Source: an uncultured Desulfobacterales bacterium (GTDB lineage Bacteria; Desulfobacterota; DSM-4660; Desulfatiglandales; HGW-15). From it: 59,480 bases of DNA. How positions within the stretch are numbered: position 1 is the first letter of the stretch; every line of letters starts with the position of its first letter. A program made the translations under genes and the position numbers. Below are positions 43,502 through 52,443 of this stretch, one piece after another. The notes under the pieces are model-generated. The model did not search any database. It saw only the letters and a program-made list of their open reading frames with translations, and was not told the DNA's origin. The stretch covers positions 1 to 59,480 of the forward strand of contig CAZQCK010000001.1 of assembly GCA_964591925.1 (NCBI GenBank). Reading direction: 5' to 3'.

Positions 43502-43519
43502 CTGAATTGAGCGATTCAG
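43502..43519 (+). promoter_or_regulatory. 18-nt recurrent motif, site b2
   Basis: CTGAATTGAGCGATTCAG, ending 31 nt before the ATG at 43551. Confidence 0.5.
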
Positions 43520-43550
43520 GAAAGGATCGGGAGACGGCCCGAGGGGCTTT

Positions 43551-45338
43551 ATGGAACCACTTCGACAACGCTTCCGGGAAACCATTCGACCCTTTAGCCC
43601 TTTGGGGCCCATGTTCCGGAAAAACACTCCCCGTCTCGCCGCAGGACTCTTCTTTCTCCTGCTGGTGGATTTTCTGCAGCTCCAGATTCCTCTCATTCTT
43701 CGAGCCGCGGTGGACGCCCTGACGACCCTCAAGGCCTCACCCGCCCTTCTTCTCCGCTATGCCGGCGTCATCCTGGGTCTGGCCTGCGCCATCGCCGTTT
43801 TTCGGTTCCTCTGGCGTCTCGCTCTGTTGGGGCACTCCCGCATCGTGGAGGAAAGACTCCGAAACCGCATCTACGAGCATCTCCTTACCCTCCCCCCTTC
43901 CTTTTACCATTCCACCCGGACGGGAGACCTCATGGCCCGGGCCACCAATGACCTGAATGCAGTACGCATGGCAGTGGGCATGGGGTTGGTGGCACTGACC
44001 GACTCCCTGGTCATGGGAACCGCAACCGTGGGCTTCATGCTCCATCTCAGCATTCCCCTGACCCTGATCGCCCTGATTCCCATGCCCTTCATCGTCTTCA
44101 TCACTCGAAAGCTGACCCGGCGATTGTCCTCCGGCTACGAACGGGTTCAACAAGCCTTTTCCAGCCTCACGGAACGGGTTCGAGAGGCCGTCTCCGGAAT
44201 TCGCGTGGTCAAGGCCTACGCCCGGGAGTCCTGGGCCACGGAACGTCTGCGCCGGGAAGGGGTGCACTATGTGGACGAAAACCTCCGTCTCGCCCGCACC
44301 CTCGCCCTGCTCTTTCCCTTGATGGTGGTGTTTACCAACCTGGGCCTCTGTGTGGTGGTGTGGTTCGGCGGGAGACTCGCGATTTACGACCGTATCACCA
44401 CCGGAGACTTTGTCGCCTTCACCACCTACCTGAACCTGCTCACCTGGCCTCTCATGGCCATGGGTTGGGTGATCAGCCTGATGCAGCGGGGCTCGGCCTC
44501 CATGCGACGGATTCACCGGATTTTCCAGACGACCCCCGGCATCGCCTCGCCACCGGATCCTGAGCCGCTTCCCCAACCGCTTCAGGGAAACATAGAGGTC
44601 AAAGGGCTTTCCATCCGCTACCCCCTGCAGCAGCAAGACGCCCTGGCAAATGTCTCTGTGAGCATCGAGGCGGGGTGGACCATCGCCGTGGTCGGCCGGG
44701 TGGGAGCGGGAAAAACCACTTTCCTGCTCAGCCTCCCGCGCCTTGTGCCCTTTGCCGGCGGCACCGTGTACCTCGACGGGGTGGATGTCACGCGAACCGA
44801 TCTCAAGGCCCTTCGAAGGGCCATAGGATTCGTGCCCCAGGAGACGGTCCTCTTTTCGGATACTTTTCGAAGCAACCTTCTTCTAGGGCAACGGAACATT
44901 CGGGACGAGGTGCTCATCAACGCCTTGAAAACCGCCCGGCTCCACGAAGAGCTGGAGCACCTGGACCGGGGGCTGGATACCCTGGTGGGAGAGCGCGGCC
45001 TTTCCCTCTCAGGCGGCCAGCGACAACGCCTGACCATCGCCCGGGCCCTGGTCCTGAACCCTCCCGTACTGATTTTGGACGACGCACTGTCCATGGTGGA
45101 CACGCGCACCGAAGCACGCATCCTGAACCGGATCCTGGCTCAGCGCGCCGGTCTGACCACCCTGTTCGTATCCAACCGGCTTTCCACGATCCGCCGGGCC
45201 GATAGAATTTTCGTCCTGGAACAGGGGCGGCTGGTGGAGGAAGGAAATCACACCCATCTCATGGAGCTCGACGGAACGTACGCTGCAATCTACACACAGC
45301 GACGCCTGGAACGACAACTGGAAGACGCCGGCTCCTGA
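43551..45338 (+). CDS. ABC exporter, fused permease/ATPase (MdlA/MsbA-like half transporter)
   Basis: 595 aa with six predicted TM helices, then Walker A GRVGAGKTT and signature LSGGQRQRLTIARAL. Confidence 0.9.
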   Translation: MEPLRQRFRETIRPFSPLGPMFRKNTPRLAAGLFFLLLVDFLQLQIPLILRAAVDALTTLKASPALLLRYAGVILGLACAIAVFRFLWRLALLGHSRIVEERLRNRIYEHLLTLPPSFYHSTRTGDLMARATNDLNAVRMAVGMGLVALTDSLVMGTATVGFMLHLSIPLTLIALIPMPFIVFITRKLTRRLSSGYERVQQAFSSLTERVREAVSGIRVVKAYARESWATERLRREGVHYVDENLRLARTLALLFPLMVVFTNLGLCVVVWFGGRLAIYDRITTGDFVAFTTYLNLLTWPLMAMGWVISLMQRGSASMRRIHRIFQTTPGIASPPDPEPLPQPLQGNIEVKGLSIRYPLQQQDALANVSVSIEAGWTIAVVGRVGAGKTTFLLSLPRLVPFAGGTVYLDGVDVTRTDLKALRRAIGFVPQETVLFSDTFRSNLLLGQRNIRDEVLINALKTARLHEELEHLDRGLDTLVGERGLSLSGGQRQRLTIARALVLNPPVLILDDALSMVDTRTEARILNRILAQRAGLTTLFVSNRLSTIRRADRIFVLEQGRLVEEGNHTHLMELDGTYAAIYTQRRLERQLEDAGS

Positions 45339-45362
45339 GGAGGCCGGCACGTCTGGAGAAGC

Positions 45363-47489
45363 ATGTACGGGGAGTACGGATACATGGAGGAAGGCCGGCT
45401 GGGGAAGCCTTATAACCTGAGGCTCCTGAGGCGTCTCTTGCCCTTTGCAAGGCCTTACGCGAGAACCGTTCTATGGGCGCTCCTCCTGACGCTCGCGGTC
45501 ACGCTGTTTGATCTGGCGCCGCCCTACCTGTCCAAGGTGGCCATCGACCGGTACATCCTGGCCTCCTGGTACCGCATAGAGCTGGGCGGAGAAGTCTCGA
45601 ACCGCAAACCCCTGGTCCACCTCATCCAACAAGGCCGCCAGGGACGATTCGGTCTCATTTCGGGCGATGCGCTGGAGACCCTGGATCCCGGAACGGTTCA
45701 TAGGCTTCGGCAAGCAGGCACGCTTTCGCAGGATCGTTACTACAGGGTGGCGGCGGAACAAGCATACCACTTGACCGAGGAGGTCCCTTCCAGCCGTGCA
45801 TTCACCCTGGAAGACGGAGCGCTCGCCATACCCGTGGACCGGCTCAGCCGCCTCGACGCCCGGGAGCTGGGCAAAATCCGGCAAGCGGACCTGAGGGGCG
45901 TGGCCGGGATCGGCCTGCTCATTCTCGCCATCCTCGTCCTGTCCTTCGGCTTCGGCTATATCCAGCATGTGCTCCTGGAGAGAACCGGGCAGTTCATCAT
46001 GCATGACATTCGTATTCACCTGTTCGAAAGGATGCAGGCCCAGGCCATGCGCTTCTTTGACCGGCACCCCGTGGGCCGCCTGGTGACACGAGCGACCAAC
46101 GATATCGAGAACCTCAACGAGTTGTTCAAGTCGGTCCTGGTGACGGTATTCAAAGACGTGTTTCTTCTCCTGGGGATTGTAGTCATTCTGCTCGCACTGA
46201 ACTGGAAGCTGGCCTTGATCTGCTTCGCCCTTTTGCCCCTGATCTTCGGGTTGACCCTCCTGTTCAGCACCATGGCACGGGAGGCCTTCCGAGAGCTGCG
46301 CCGGAAGGTGGCAAAGCTGAACGCCTTTCTCCAGGAACGGATCATCGGCATGCGCATCATCCAGCTCTTCACCCGGGAGACGGAGCAGATGAAGGCCTTT
46401 GCCGCCATCAACCATGAGAACTACCTGGCCGGCATGAAACAGATCCGCGTCTTCGCCGTGTTTATGCCCCTGATGGAGCTCGTCGCCTCTTTTGCAGTAG
46501 CCCTTCTCCTCTGGTACGGAGGAGGGCAGGTCCTTCGAGAACAGCTCTCCCTGGGATCCCTCGTGGCCTTTGTGAGCTACATGCAAATGTTTTTCAAACC
46601 CATTCGGGACATCAGCGAAAAATACAACATAATGCAGGCGGCCATGGCCTCCACGGAGCGGATCTTCGAGTTCATGGACCATCCGAGGGAAGAGGCGCAC
46701 GAGCCTTCGAAGCCCGTACTCCCGAAAGAACCGGCGGGCAGCGTGGAATTCCGGGAGGTCTCTTTCGAGTACCAGCCGAAGCAGCCCGTTCTCAAAGACA
46801 TCTCCTTCAGAGTACGCCCGGGCGAGACTGCGGCGCTGGTGGGACCCACGGGGAGCGGAAAAACCACCATTGTTCACCTGATCGAAAGACTCTATGAAGC
46901 CCGAACAGGGGCCATTCTCATCGACGACGTGGAGGTCCGCAGGTGGCCTAGAGCCGAGCTGCGAAACCGCATCGGGCTGGTCATGCAGGACGTGTTTCTC
47001 TTTTCAGGGACCCTGTACGACAACCTGGCTCTAGGCCGAGAAGATGTGACGCGGGAGGACGTGGAGCGTTCTCTTCAGGAAGCGAACGCCCACCACTTCG
47101 TGGGGCGCCTTGCCAAAGGACTTGATCACGAAATAGGTGAAGGCGGGGCCACGCTCTCAGCCGGGGAAAGACAGCTCCTCTCCTTTGCCCGGGCCCTGGT
47201 CGGCGATCCCGCGATCCTGATTCTGGACGAGGCCACATCGAGCGTAGACCCGGAGACGGAGCGTCTGATCCAGGAGGCGATCACCCGGATCACCCGCCGT
47301 CGCACCACGCTGGTGGTGGCCCACCGCCTATCCACGATTCAAGGGGCCGACCGCATTCTGGTCGTGCAGGCAGGGCGCATTCGAGAACAGGGGACGCATG
47401 ATGAGCTCATGGCATCGGGCGGGGTCTACGCACGGCTCAACCTCATTCAAAGGGGAGAAGGCGATTCCGCTTCCATCTCCTCCAAGTGA
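45363..47489 (+). CDS. ABC exporter, fused permease/ATPase, with a long insertion after TM1
   Basis: 708 aa with Walker A GPTGSGKTT and signature LSAGERQLLSFARAL. About 110 extra residues lie between TM1 and TM2. An alternative ATG lies at 45384. Confidence 0.9.
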   Translation: MYGEYGYMEEGRLGKPYNLRLLRRLLPFARPYARTVLWALLLTLAVTLFDLAPPYLSKVAIDRYILASWYRIELGGEVSNRKPLVHLIQQGRQGRFGLISGDALETLDPGTVHRLRQAGTLSQDRYYRVAAEQAYHLTEEVPSSRAFTLEDGALAIPVDRLSRLDARELGKIRQADLRGVAGIGLLILAILVLSFGFGYIQHVLLERTGQFIMHDIRIHLFERMQAQAMRFFDRHPVGRLVTRATNDIENLNELFKSVLVTVFKDVFLLLGIVVILLALNWKLALICFALLPLIFGLTLLFSTMAREAFRELRRKVAKLNAFLQERIIGMRIIQLFTRETEQMKAFAAINHENYLAGMKQIRVFAVFMPLMELVASFAVALLLWYGGGQVLREQLSLGSLVAFVSYMQMFFKPIRDISEKYNIMQAAMASTERIFEFMDHPREEAHEPSKPVLPKEPAGSVEFREVSFEYQPKQPVLKDISFRVRPGETAALVGPTGSGKTTIVHLIERLYEARTGAILIDDVEVRRWPRAELRNRIGLVMQDVFLFSGTLYDNLALGREDVTREDVERSLQEANAHHFVGRLAKGLDHEIGEGGATLSAGERQLLSFARALVGDPAILILDEATSSVDPETERLIQEAITRITRRRTTLVVAHRLSTIQGADRILVVQAGRIREQGTHDELMASGGVYARLNLIQRGEGDSASISSK

Positions 47490-48340
47490 GCCACGACCCG
47501 GTCCCAGATCCTGCGCACGGCCTCTGCAGCCTCCCCTTCCGGGGCGTACTCCACGATGCTCTGCTTTTGAATCATGGCCTTGGTGAAATCCTGGTGAAAG
47601 GGAATCGCGCCCAAAAAGGTGTGTCCCTTTTTCTCCGCGGTCTCACGGATTCGATCGGCCGTCTCGGGATTGATGTCCGCCTTGTTCACCAGGACCATGA
47701 TCGGGACCTTGAAAAAGGATGCCAGGTCCGACACCCGGTCCAGGTCGTGCACGCCGGACACCGTAGGCTCGGCGACCACCAGGGCGGCTGTAGCGCCTCC
47801 CAGAGAGGCGATCACCGGACACCCCACGCCGGGAGGGCCGTCGGTCAACAGAAGCGATCGGCCTTCGCTCTCTGCTGCTTTTCGCGCCTCCTGGCGCACC
47901 AGGGCGACCAGCTTGCCCGAGTTCTCTTCGGCAGGCGAGAGCCTGGCGTGAACCAGCGTTCCGAATCGGGTGTCCGATACGTACCACTCGCCGCACACGT
48001 TCGGAGGAAAATCCACGGCCTTCTCAGGGCAGAACCAGACGCAGACCCCGCACCCCTCACAGTCCAGAGGATCGACCTGAAAGTCTTCTCCAATGGCGTC
48101 CCATCGGCACAGATCCCGGCACAAACCGCACTCCGTGCAGTCGTGTTTACGGATTTGAGCGGTGTTCCCGCTCTGAAAGGGGGTTTGAACCCGAATCGAA
48201 GGGCTGAGAACGAGGTGCAAGTCCGGGGCGTCCACATCCGCATCGCAAAGCACTCCGTCTTCCGCCAAGGCGGCGAAGGCCGCCATCAAGCTTGTCTTTC
48301 CCGTGCCCCCTTTGCCGCTGATCACTACGAGCTCATTCAT
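47447..48340 (-). CDS. MinD/ParA-type P-loop ATPase with inserted 2x[4Fe-4S] ferredoxin domain (COG1149-like)
   Basis: [12 protein letters not shown] deviant Walker A, with CTECGLCRDLC and CEGCGVCVWFCP motifs. 297 aa. Confidence 0.85.
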   Translation of the reverse strand: MNELVVISGKGGTGKTSLMAAFAALAEDGVLCDADVDAPDLHLVLSPSIRVQTPFQSGNTAQIRKHDCTECGLCRDLCRWDAIGEDFQVDPLDCEGCGVCVWFCPEKAVDFPPNVCGEWYVSDTRFGTLVHARLSPAEENSGKLVALVRQEARKAAESEGRSLLLTDGPPGVGCPVIASLGGATAALVVAEPTVSGVHDLDRVSDLASFFKVPIMVLVNKADINPETADRIRETAEKKGHTFLGAIPFHQDFTKAMIQKQSIVEYAPEGEAAEAVRRIWDRVVAHLEEMEAESPSPL

Positions 48341-49236
48341 GGGTTCCGCTCCGGGTCCTGATGGTTCACCATGCTCTCAATACGTTCATATAAGTCCCTG
48401 AACCGCTCTCGCCACTCCGGCACCCTGTCCACCAGGAGCTCTCCTCGCGAGTAGGCCTCGGCGATCTTCCGGTCAAAAGGGATCTCCATCAGGATGGGAA
48501 TACCTTCCTTTTGCGCAAAGGTATGGACGTCTTCATAGCCCATTTCCGCGCGGTTGATGACCAGCCCGCAGGGGATACCCAAAATTTTCACCACCTCGGT
48601 TGCGAGCTTCAAGTCGCTGAGCCCGAAAGGGGTGGGCTCGGTAACCATCAGCACAAAGTCCGTGTCCTTGACGGCTGCAATTACGGGACACGAGGTCCCG
48701 GGGGGTGCGTCTATGATGACCGATTTTTCCGGAAGGGTCTGGGAGCGGACCTCTCGAATCAGGGGAGGCGCAAAGGCCACGCCCACGTTCAACTCGGCGT
48801 CCGCAAAATCCAAACCGTTCCTGTGCCCCAGACGAAGTTGCCCCAGAGGACGGCCCACCTCGGTCACGGCATTCTCCGGGCAAACCCTCATACACCCCCC
48901 GCAGCTGTGGCACAGCTCGGGAAAGGTAATGATTACGTCACCGATCACCGAAATCGCCTTGAATTGACAGAGCTCGGCGCACTGCCCGCATCTCGTGCAG
49001 GCCTCTTCATCCACCTCGGGAACCATGGCGTACACGGTTTCCTTCCTGGTCCACTCCGGCCGGACAAAGAGGGCGCCGTTGGGTTCTTCCACGTCACAGT
49101 CCAGCAACTGGACCCCCGAGCCCAGGGCCAGGGCGAGATTGGTCGCCACGGTCGTCTTGCCGGTTCCACCTTTTCCGCTCGCAATGGAGAGAATCAATTC
49201 CTGTCCCTCGTCATGTATGTGCCACATTTGGCGCAC
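48337..49236 (-). CDS. MinD/ParA-type P-loop ATPase with inserted 2x[4Fe-4S] ferredoxin domain, paralog 2
   Basis: [24 protein letters not shown] and [16 protein letters not shown] overlap with the downstream paralog. The start is ambiguous (49236, 49227 or TTG 49197). Confidence 0.85.
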   Translation of the reverse strand: MRQMWHIHDEGQELILSIASGKGGTGKTTVATNLALALGSGVQLLDCDVEEPNGALFVRPEWTRKETVYAMVPEVDEEACTRCGQCAELCQFKAISVIGDVIITFPELCHSCGGCMRVCPENAVTEVGRPLGQLRLGHRNGLDFADAELNVGVAFAPPLIREVRSQTLPEKSVIIDAPPGTSCPVIAAVKDTDFVLMVTEPTPFGLSDLKLATEVVKILGIPCGLVINRAEMGYEDVHTFAQKEGIPILMEIPFDRKIAEAYSRGELLVDRVPEWRERFRDLYERIESMVNHQDPERNP

Positions 49237-49427
49237 TTGAGTTCGAAGCAGGGAACACCACGCTCATGCGGCATGGTGTGGCCGCAAGCCGGGCAAACAC
49301 AGTTGCCGCCGGGGCCCAGGGCACGGCCGCCGCCGATGCCTCGACCGCCGCCCCTGCCTCGCCCTTGACCGGTCGCGTTTCCTCCCTGTGCACCTTGTCC
49401 TCCACCGCCTTTTCCTTGTGCCGGCAT
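49194..49427 (-). CDS. Small Gly/Arg-rich protein with C-terminal four-Cys zinc-ribbon
   Basis: ATG 49427 follows [23 protein letters not shown]...GRGRGGGRG then CVCPACGH...CAKCG. Resembles the G/R-rich small proteins that accompany NifX-like clusters; the family assignment is tentative. Confidence 0.6.
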   Translation of the reverse strand: MPAQGKGGGGQGAQGGNATGQGRGRGGGRGIGGGRALGPGGNCVCPACGHTMPHERGVPCFELKCAKCGTYMTRDRN

Positions 49428-49590
49428 CTCGTTTCCTCCCTTGCGGTCAATCGGATCATATGACCCCATACTTGCTGATACCGCAAACATTGGTTTTTCA
49501 GGGCCAATTCCCCCTTTTTGACGGCCGCATCTCTTTTAGAACCGGTCAATGCGACCGATGCTGAAAACCCTCACACGGCAGGATTCTCTG

Positions 49591-49935
49591 TCAATGATAG
49601 TCGTGTGTTCCCTTGATGACAGGGATGCCTGTCTTGCCCTGAATGATCCCGGCCAACTCATCGGCATCCGCATAAGGACAACCGGGCTTGGCATTGACCA
49701 GGCAAGAACTCAAGTACACGGCATCCGGCTTGATTTCAGAAAGCCTGGCGGCCATCCCCAGGTTGGGCGCCAGAGACCTGCCCGGACAATCGCATCGAAC
49801 GAACGACACCACCTGGACCGGACTTTCGAACGTGCCCTCTCCCAGGGCCGCAGCCTTCAGGCAGCGCCACTCTCCGGGACAACCGTACCCGCTGTCCATA
49901 TAGGCACCACATCCTACAATCGCCACTTTCTTCAC
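49591..49935 (-). CDS. CGGC domain-containing protein, paralog 2
   Basis: GTG 49935 lies 6 nt after GGAGGAGG. VKKVAIVGCGAYMDSGYGCPGEWRC...FVRCDCPG...KPGCPY. 114 aa. Confidence 0.7.
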   Translation of the reverse strand: MKKVAIVGCGAYMDSGYGCPGEWRCLKAAALGEGTFESPVQVVSFVRCDCPGRSLAPNLGMAARLSEIKPDAVYLSSCLVNAKPGCPYADADELAGIIQGKTGIPVIKGTHDYH

Positions 49936-49960
49936 GAATACCCTCCTCCAATCATCTCTT

Positions 49961-50009
49961 CCGAAAAAAAGTCGGTCTTCAGCGACCTCTATGCCGCCGC
50001 GGCGGCATA
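49961..50009 (-). terminator. Palindrome plus U-tract between the Mrp-NifX and CGGC genes (possible internal terminator/attenuator)
   Basis: Perfect 20-nt palindrome tatgccgccgcggcggcata (49990-50009). On the minus strand it is followed by a short hairpin and ttttttt. Confidence 0.3.
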
Positions 50010-50050
50010 TTCCATGGCCGCACTGAGCTTGACCACCCTCTTCAGAGTGT

Positions 50051-51295
50051 TCAGTGGTCGCAGATGTTGTCCCCGGTGACCAGCGCACCTGCCAGGTATT
50101 GATTGACCAAAGATTCCGGGGCGTCCATGGGTGCACCTATGATCACCTGGATTCCGCTTTCCTTAAACAGCTCCTGGGCTCTCGCACCCATGCCACCTGC
50201 GATTATGACATTGGAGCCCATCTCGCTCAGCCACTTGGGAAGAACGCCCGGTTCATGCGGCGGCGGGGTATGCATTTCCGTACCCTTGATCTTCCCGTCC
50301 TCGGTCTCGACCAGGGCGAACTGGTCGCAGTGCCCGAAATGGGCGCAGAGCTTGCCCTCGACCACCGGGATGGCGAACACCGTTTTTTCCATGTCCGTTT
50401 CCTTTCTTTGCTCGGTTGACGGCTTCTCCTGGGCCTGCGCCTGCGAAGCCGGGCCTTTGCGAAGGACCTCGTCCACTGTCTCGTTGAACGCTCGAGCAAA
50501 AGGCGAGGAATTCGTGTCCAGGCTTCTCAAGGCCCCCTGATCCCCCAGCCGGACCACCTCGGGGTCGATGGGGAGAGTGCCCAGGAGATCGATGCGCTCC
50601 TTCCCGGCCAGCAGGCGGGCCCCATTGGAGCGGAAGAGATCAATGTTACCACCGCAATGAGGGCACAGCAAGCCGCTCATGTTCTCCACCATACCCAGGA
50701 TGTTCATGTTGACCTGGCGGCAGAAGTTGATGGATTTTCGAACATCCGCCAGCGAGATCTCCTGGGGAGTGGTGACGATCAGGGCCCGCGCATCGGGAAT
50801 GGTCTGGGCCACGGTCAAAGGCTCATCTCCGGTGCCCGGGGGTGAGTCGATGACGAGATAATCGAGATCCGGCCATTCGATGTCCGAAATGAACTGGCGG
50901 ATCACGCCGATTTTGAGCGGCCCCCTCCAGATCGTGGCGGAGTCCCGGTTATCGCCCATCAGAAACTCGATGGAAATGGCATGAAGGTTATCCATGCACG
51001 GGACGGGGAGGGCCTTGCCTGTTTTTTGAGAAAGCTGGATTCCCTCTGTCAGCCCCAGCATCCTGGGAATGCTCGGGCCGTGGAGGTCCACATCCATCAG
51101 CCCTACGGAATATCCCCTGCGGGCGAGAAAAAGCGCCAGGCATGCTGCCACACTGCTCTTTCCCACTCCCCCTTTGCCGCTCATGACCAGAATCTTGTTT
51201 TGAATATGGGAAAGTCGATCCTGAATCTCAATATCCTGTTGATCCTGCTGTTCCTTGCGGCCCTTCATGCCGCAGCTCTCTTGGCCTTCCGCCAT
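50051..51295 (-). CDS. Mrp/NBP35/ApbC-type Fe-S cluster carrier ATPase fused to a C-terminal NifX/NifB-like (dinitrogenase FeMo-cofactor-binding-type) domain
   Basis: VMSGKGGVGKSS, CPHCGG, then a C-terminal domain VFAIPVVEGKLCAHFGHCDQFALV...IIAGGMGARAQ. Start at ATG 51295; TTG 51307 is also possible. Confidence 0.85.
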   Translation of the reverse strand: MAEGQESCGMKGRKEQQDQQDIEIQDRLSHIQNKILVMSGKGGVGKSSVAACLALFLARRGYSVGLMDVDLHGPSIPRMLGLTEGIQLSQKTGKALPVPCMDNLHAISIEFLMGDNRDSATIWRGPLKIGVIRQFISDIEWPDLDYLVIDSPPGTGDEPLTVAQTIPDARALIVTTPQEISLADVRKSINFCRQVNMNILGMVENMSGLLCPHCGGNIDLFRSNGARLLAGKERIDLLGTLPIDPEVVRLGDQGALRSLDTNSSPFARAFNETVDEVLRKGPASQAQAQEKPSTEQRKETDMEKTVFAIPVVEGKLCAHFGHCDQFALVETEDGKIKGTEMHTPPPHEPGVLPKWLSEMGSNVIIAGGMGARAQELFKESGIQVIIGAPMDAPESLVNQYLAGALVTGDNICDH

Positions 51296-51303
51296 GGTAT
51301 TCT

Positions 51304-51771
51304 TCAAGCCTCCTTTTTCGGTTTATGCTCCGGGGAGAGAACGCGGAACCGGCACCGGCCGGAACGCCCCTTCCTCGAAGTTGTTTTTGCACACTCATCG
51401 CCTTCTGCAAAAGCGTTTCCCGCCCCGCTCCACCTTCCACGGGGACAGCCGGGCATTCGAAAGGCCTCCTGATCAAGGTTTCCCTGCAGGTAGGCCTGAA
51501 AAACATCTTCCCTGGGGCCGGATACGCCCTGAATCACCTCGATATCCACCGCCCGCAACCGCCGGCAAAAGGGATTTGAAATGGCACTGCAGATGAGGGT
51601 CTGCACGCCGAGCTCCTTCAACCGCGCGCAACGGCGCACAAGGTCATCGCCTTCCAGGCTCACGTTGACTCGCTCGGATGGTTCGGCTTTGGTATCAATG
51701 ATCATAACCCGCGTCGCCGTGTCGAACACGGGAGAAATCTTGTCGCCCCATACTGGAATCGCCACTTTCAT
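51304..51771 (-). CDS. NifX/NifB-like (dinitrogenase iron-molybdenum cofactor family) protein
   Basis: ATG 51771: MKVAIPVWGDKISPVFDTATRVMII. The track ORF extension (METQQ...) lies inside repeat family B. The C-terminal 50 aa are basic and Cys-containing. Confidence 0.8.
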   Translation of the reverse strand: MKVAIPVWGDKISPVFDTATRVMIIDTKAEPSERVNVSLEGDDLVRRCARLKELGVQTLICSAISNPFCRRLRAVDIEVIQGVSGPREDVFQAYLQGNLDQEAFRMPGCPRGRWSGAGNAFAEGDECAKTTSRKGRSGRCRFRVLSPEHKPKKEA

Positions 51772-51782
51772 ACCCTTGCCTC

Positions 51783-51960
51783 GTGCCCATCCATAAACGA
51801 ATTTCGAGCACTGCTGAGTTTCCAATTCAGAAAGGAGAATTCCCCGTCAAGATCAAGGAGGTCACGAGCTCACGCTGAGGCGTACTGCCTTGCGCAGCAC
51901 AATGAACCTCGCTGATCAACGATGAAATCGGCGGAAAAGACCCATTCCGAATGGAAACTC
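51783..51960. mobile_element. MITE-like repeat family B, copy 2 (145-bp unit 51816-51960 plus flanking arm)
   Basis: TIRs are gagtttccaattcagaaagg and cccattccgaatggaaactc. The unit has the same 145-bp length as 24953-25097 in inverse orientation. It sits between two NifX-like genes. Confidence 0.75.
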
Positions 51961-52010
51961 GCCTCACACCCCGGCGGGTGAATAAATCCGGCGTGCGTTG
52001 CGACAATCGT

Positions 52011-52373
52011 TCACATCCAATGGCCATTCACATTCGCCGCTTCGGCGGACTGATAATCCCCGCGCGCGTAAGCCTTGACTGCGTCCTCGATCTTTCCCTT
52101 GACACCCACCACCACCTTGATCCCGGCGGCCTGAAGGACCTTGAACGCCTTGGGGCCGCAGTTTCCAGTGAGAACCGCGGAGGGCTGATGACTCGCAACG
52201 TTCTCCGCAGCCTGAATGCCTGCTCCCTGGGGCAGATCCATGCTCTGGGTGTTTTCCACCACCTCGTACTCCATGGTCTCCGGATCCACCAGGAGAAACC
52301 GGGGCGCACGGCCGAATCGTTGCTCCACTTCTCCATTCAAATCATTTCCCACAGATGTGACTGCTATTCGCAT
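52011..52373 (-). CDS. NifX/NifB-like (dinitrogenase iron-molybdenum cofactor family) protein
   Basis: ATG 52373: MRIAVTSVGNDLNGEVEQRFGRAPRFLLVD...AGIQAAENV. 120 aa. Confidence 0.85.
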   Translation of the reverse strand: MRIAVTSVGNDLNGEVEQRFGRAPRFLLVDPETMEYEVVENTQSMDLPQGAGIQAAENVASHQPSAVLTGNCGPKAFKVLQAAGIKVVVGVKGKIEDAVKAYARGDYQSAEAANVNGHWM

Positions 52374-52414
52374 CCTGAATGTCCTCTCCTCTTTCCGTCC
52401 CGTCCGGCAGCACT

Positions 52415-52431
52415 GTGAAGCGCTCATTCCG
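52415..52431 (-). promoter_or_regulatory. Degenerate copy of the 18-nt motif upstream of the NifX-like cluster
   Basis: The minus strand reads cGGAA-TGAGCGCTTCAC. It matches CTGAATTGAGCGTTTCAG with one deleted base and a few substitutions. It lies 42-58 nt upstream of ATG 52373. Confidence 0.25.
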
Positions 52432-52443
52432 GGGCTGAAGGTT

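Noticed and set aside
47447-47489. 43-nt convergent overlap of the ABC exporter and the MinD-ferredoxin gene, considered as a possible sign of a frameshift or misassembly
   Set aside because: Both proteins read through to plausible C-termini with intact domains. Short convergent overlaps are common, and nothing in the sequence suggests an error.
51772-51825. Upstream extension (METQQCSKFVYGWARGKG) of the NifX-like ORF
   Set aside because: It is encoded by the family B repeat arm. The conserved NifX-like N-terminus MKVAIPV starts at ATG 51771.
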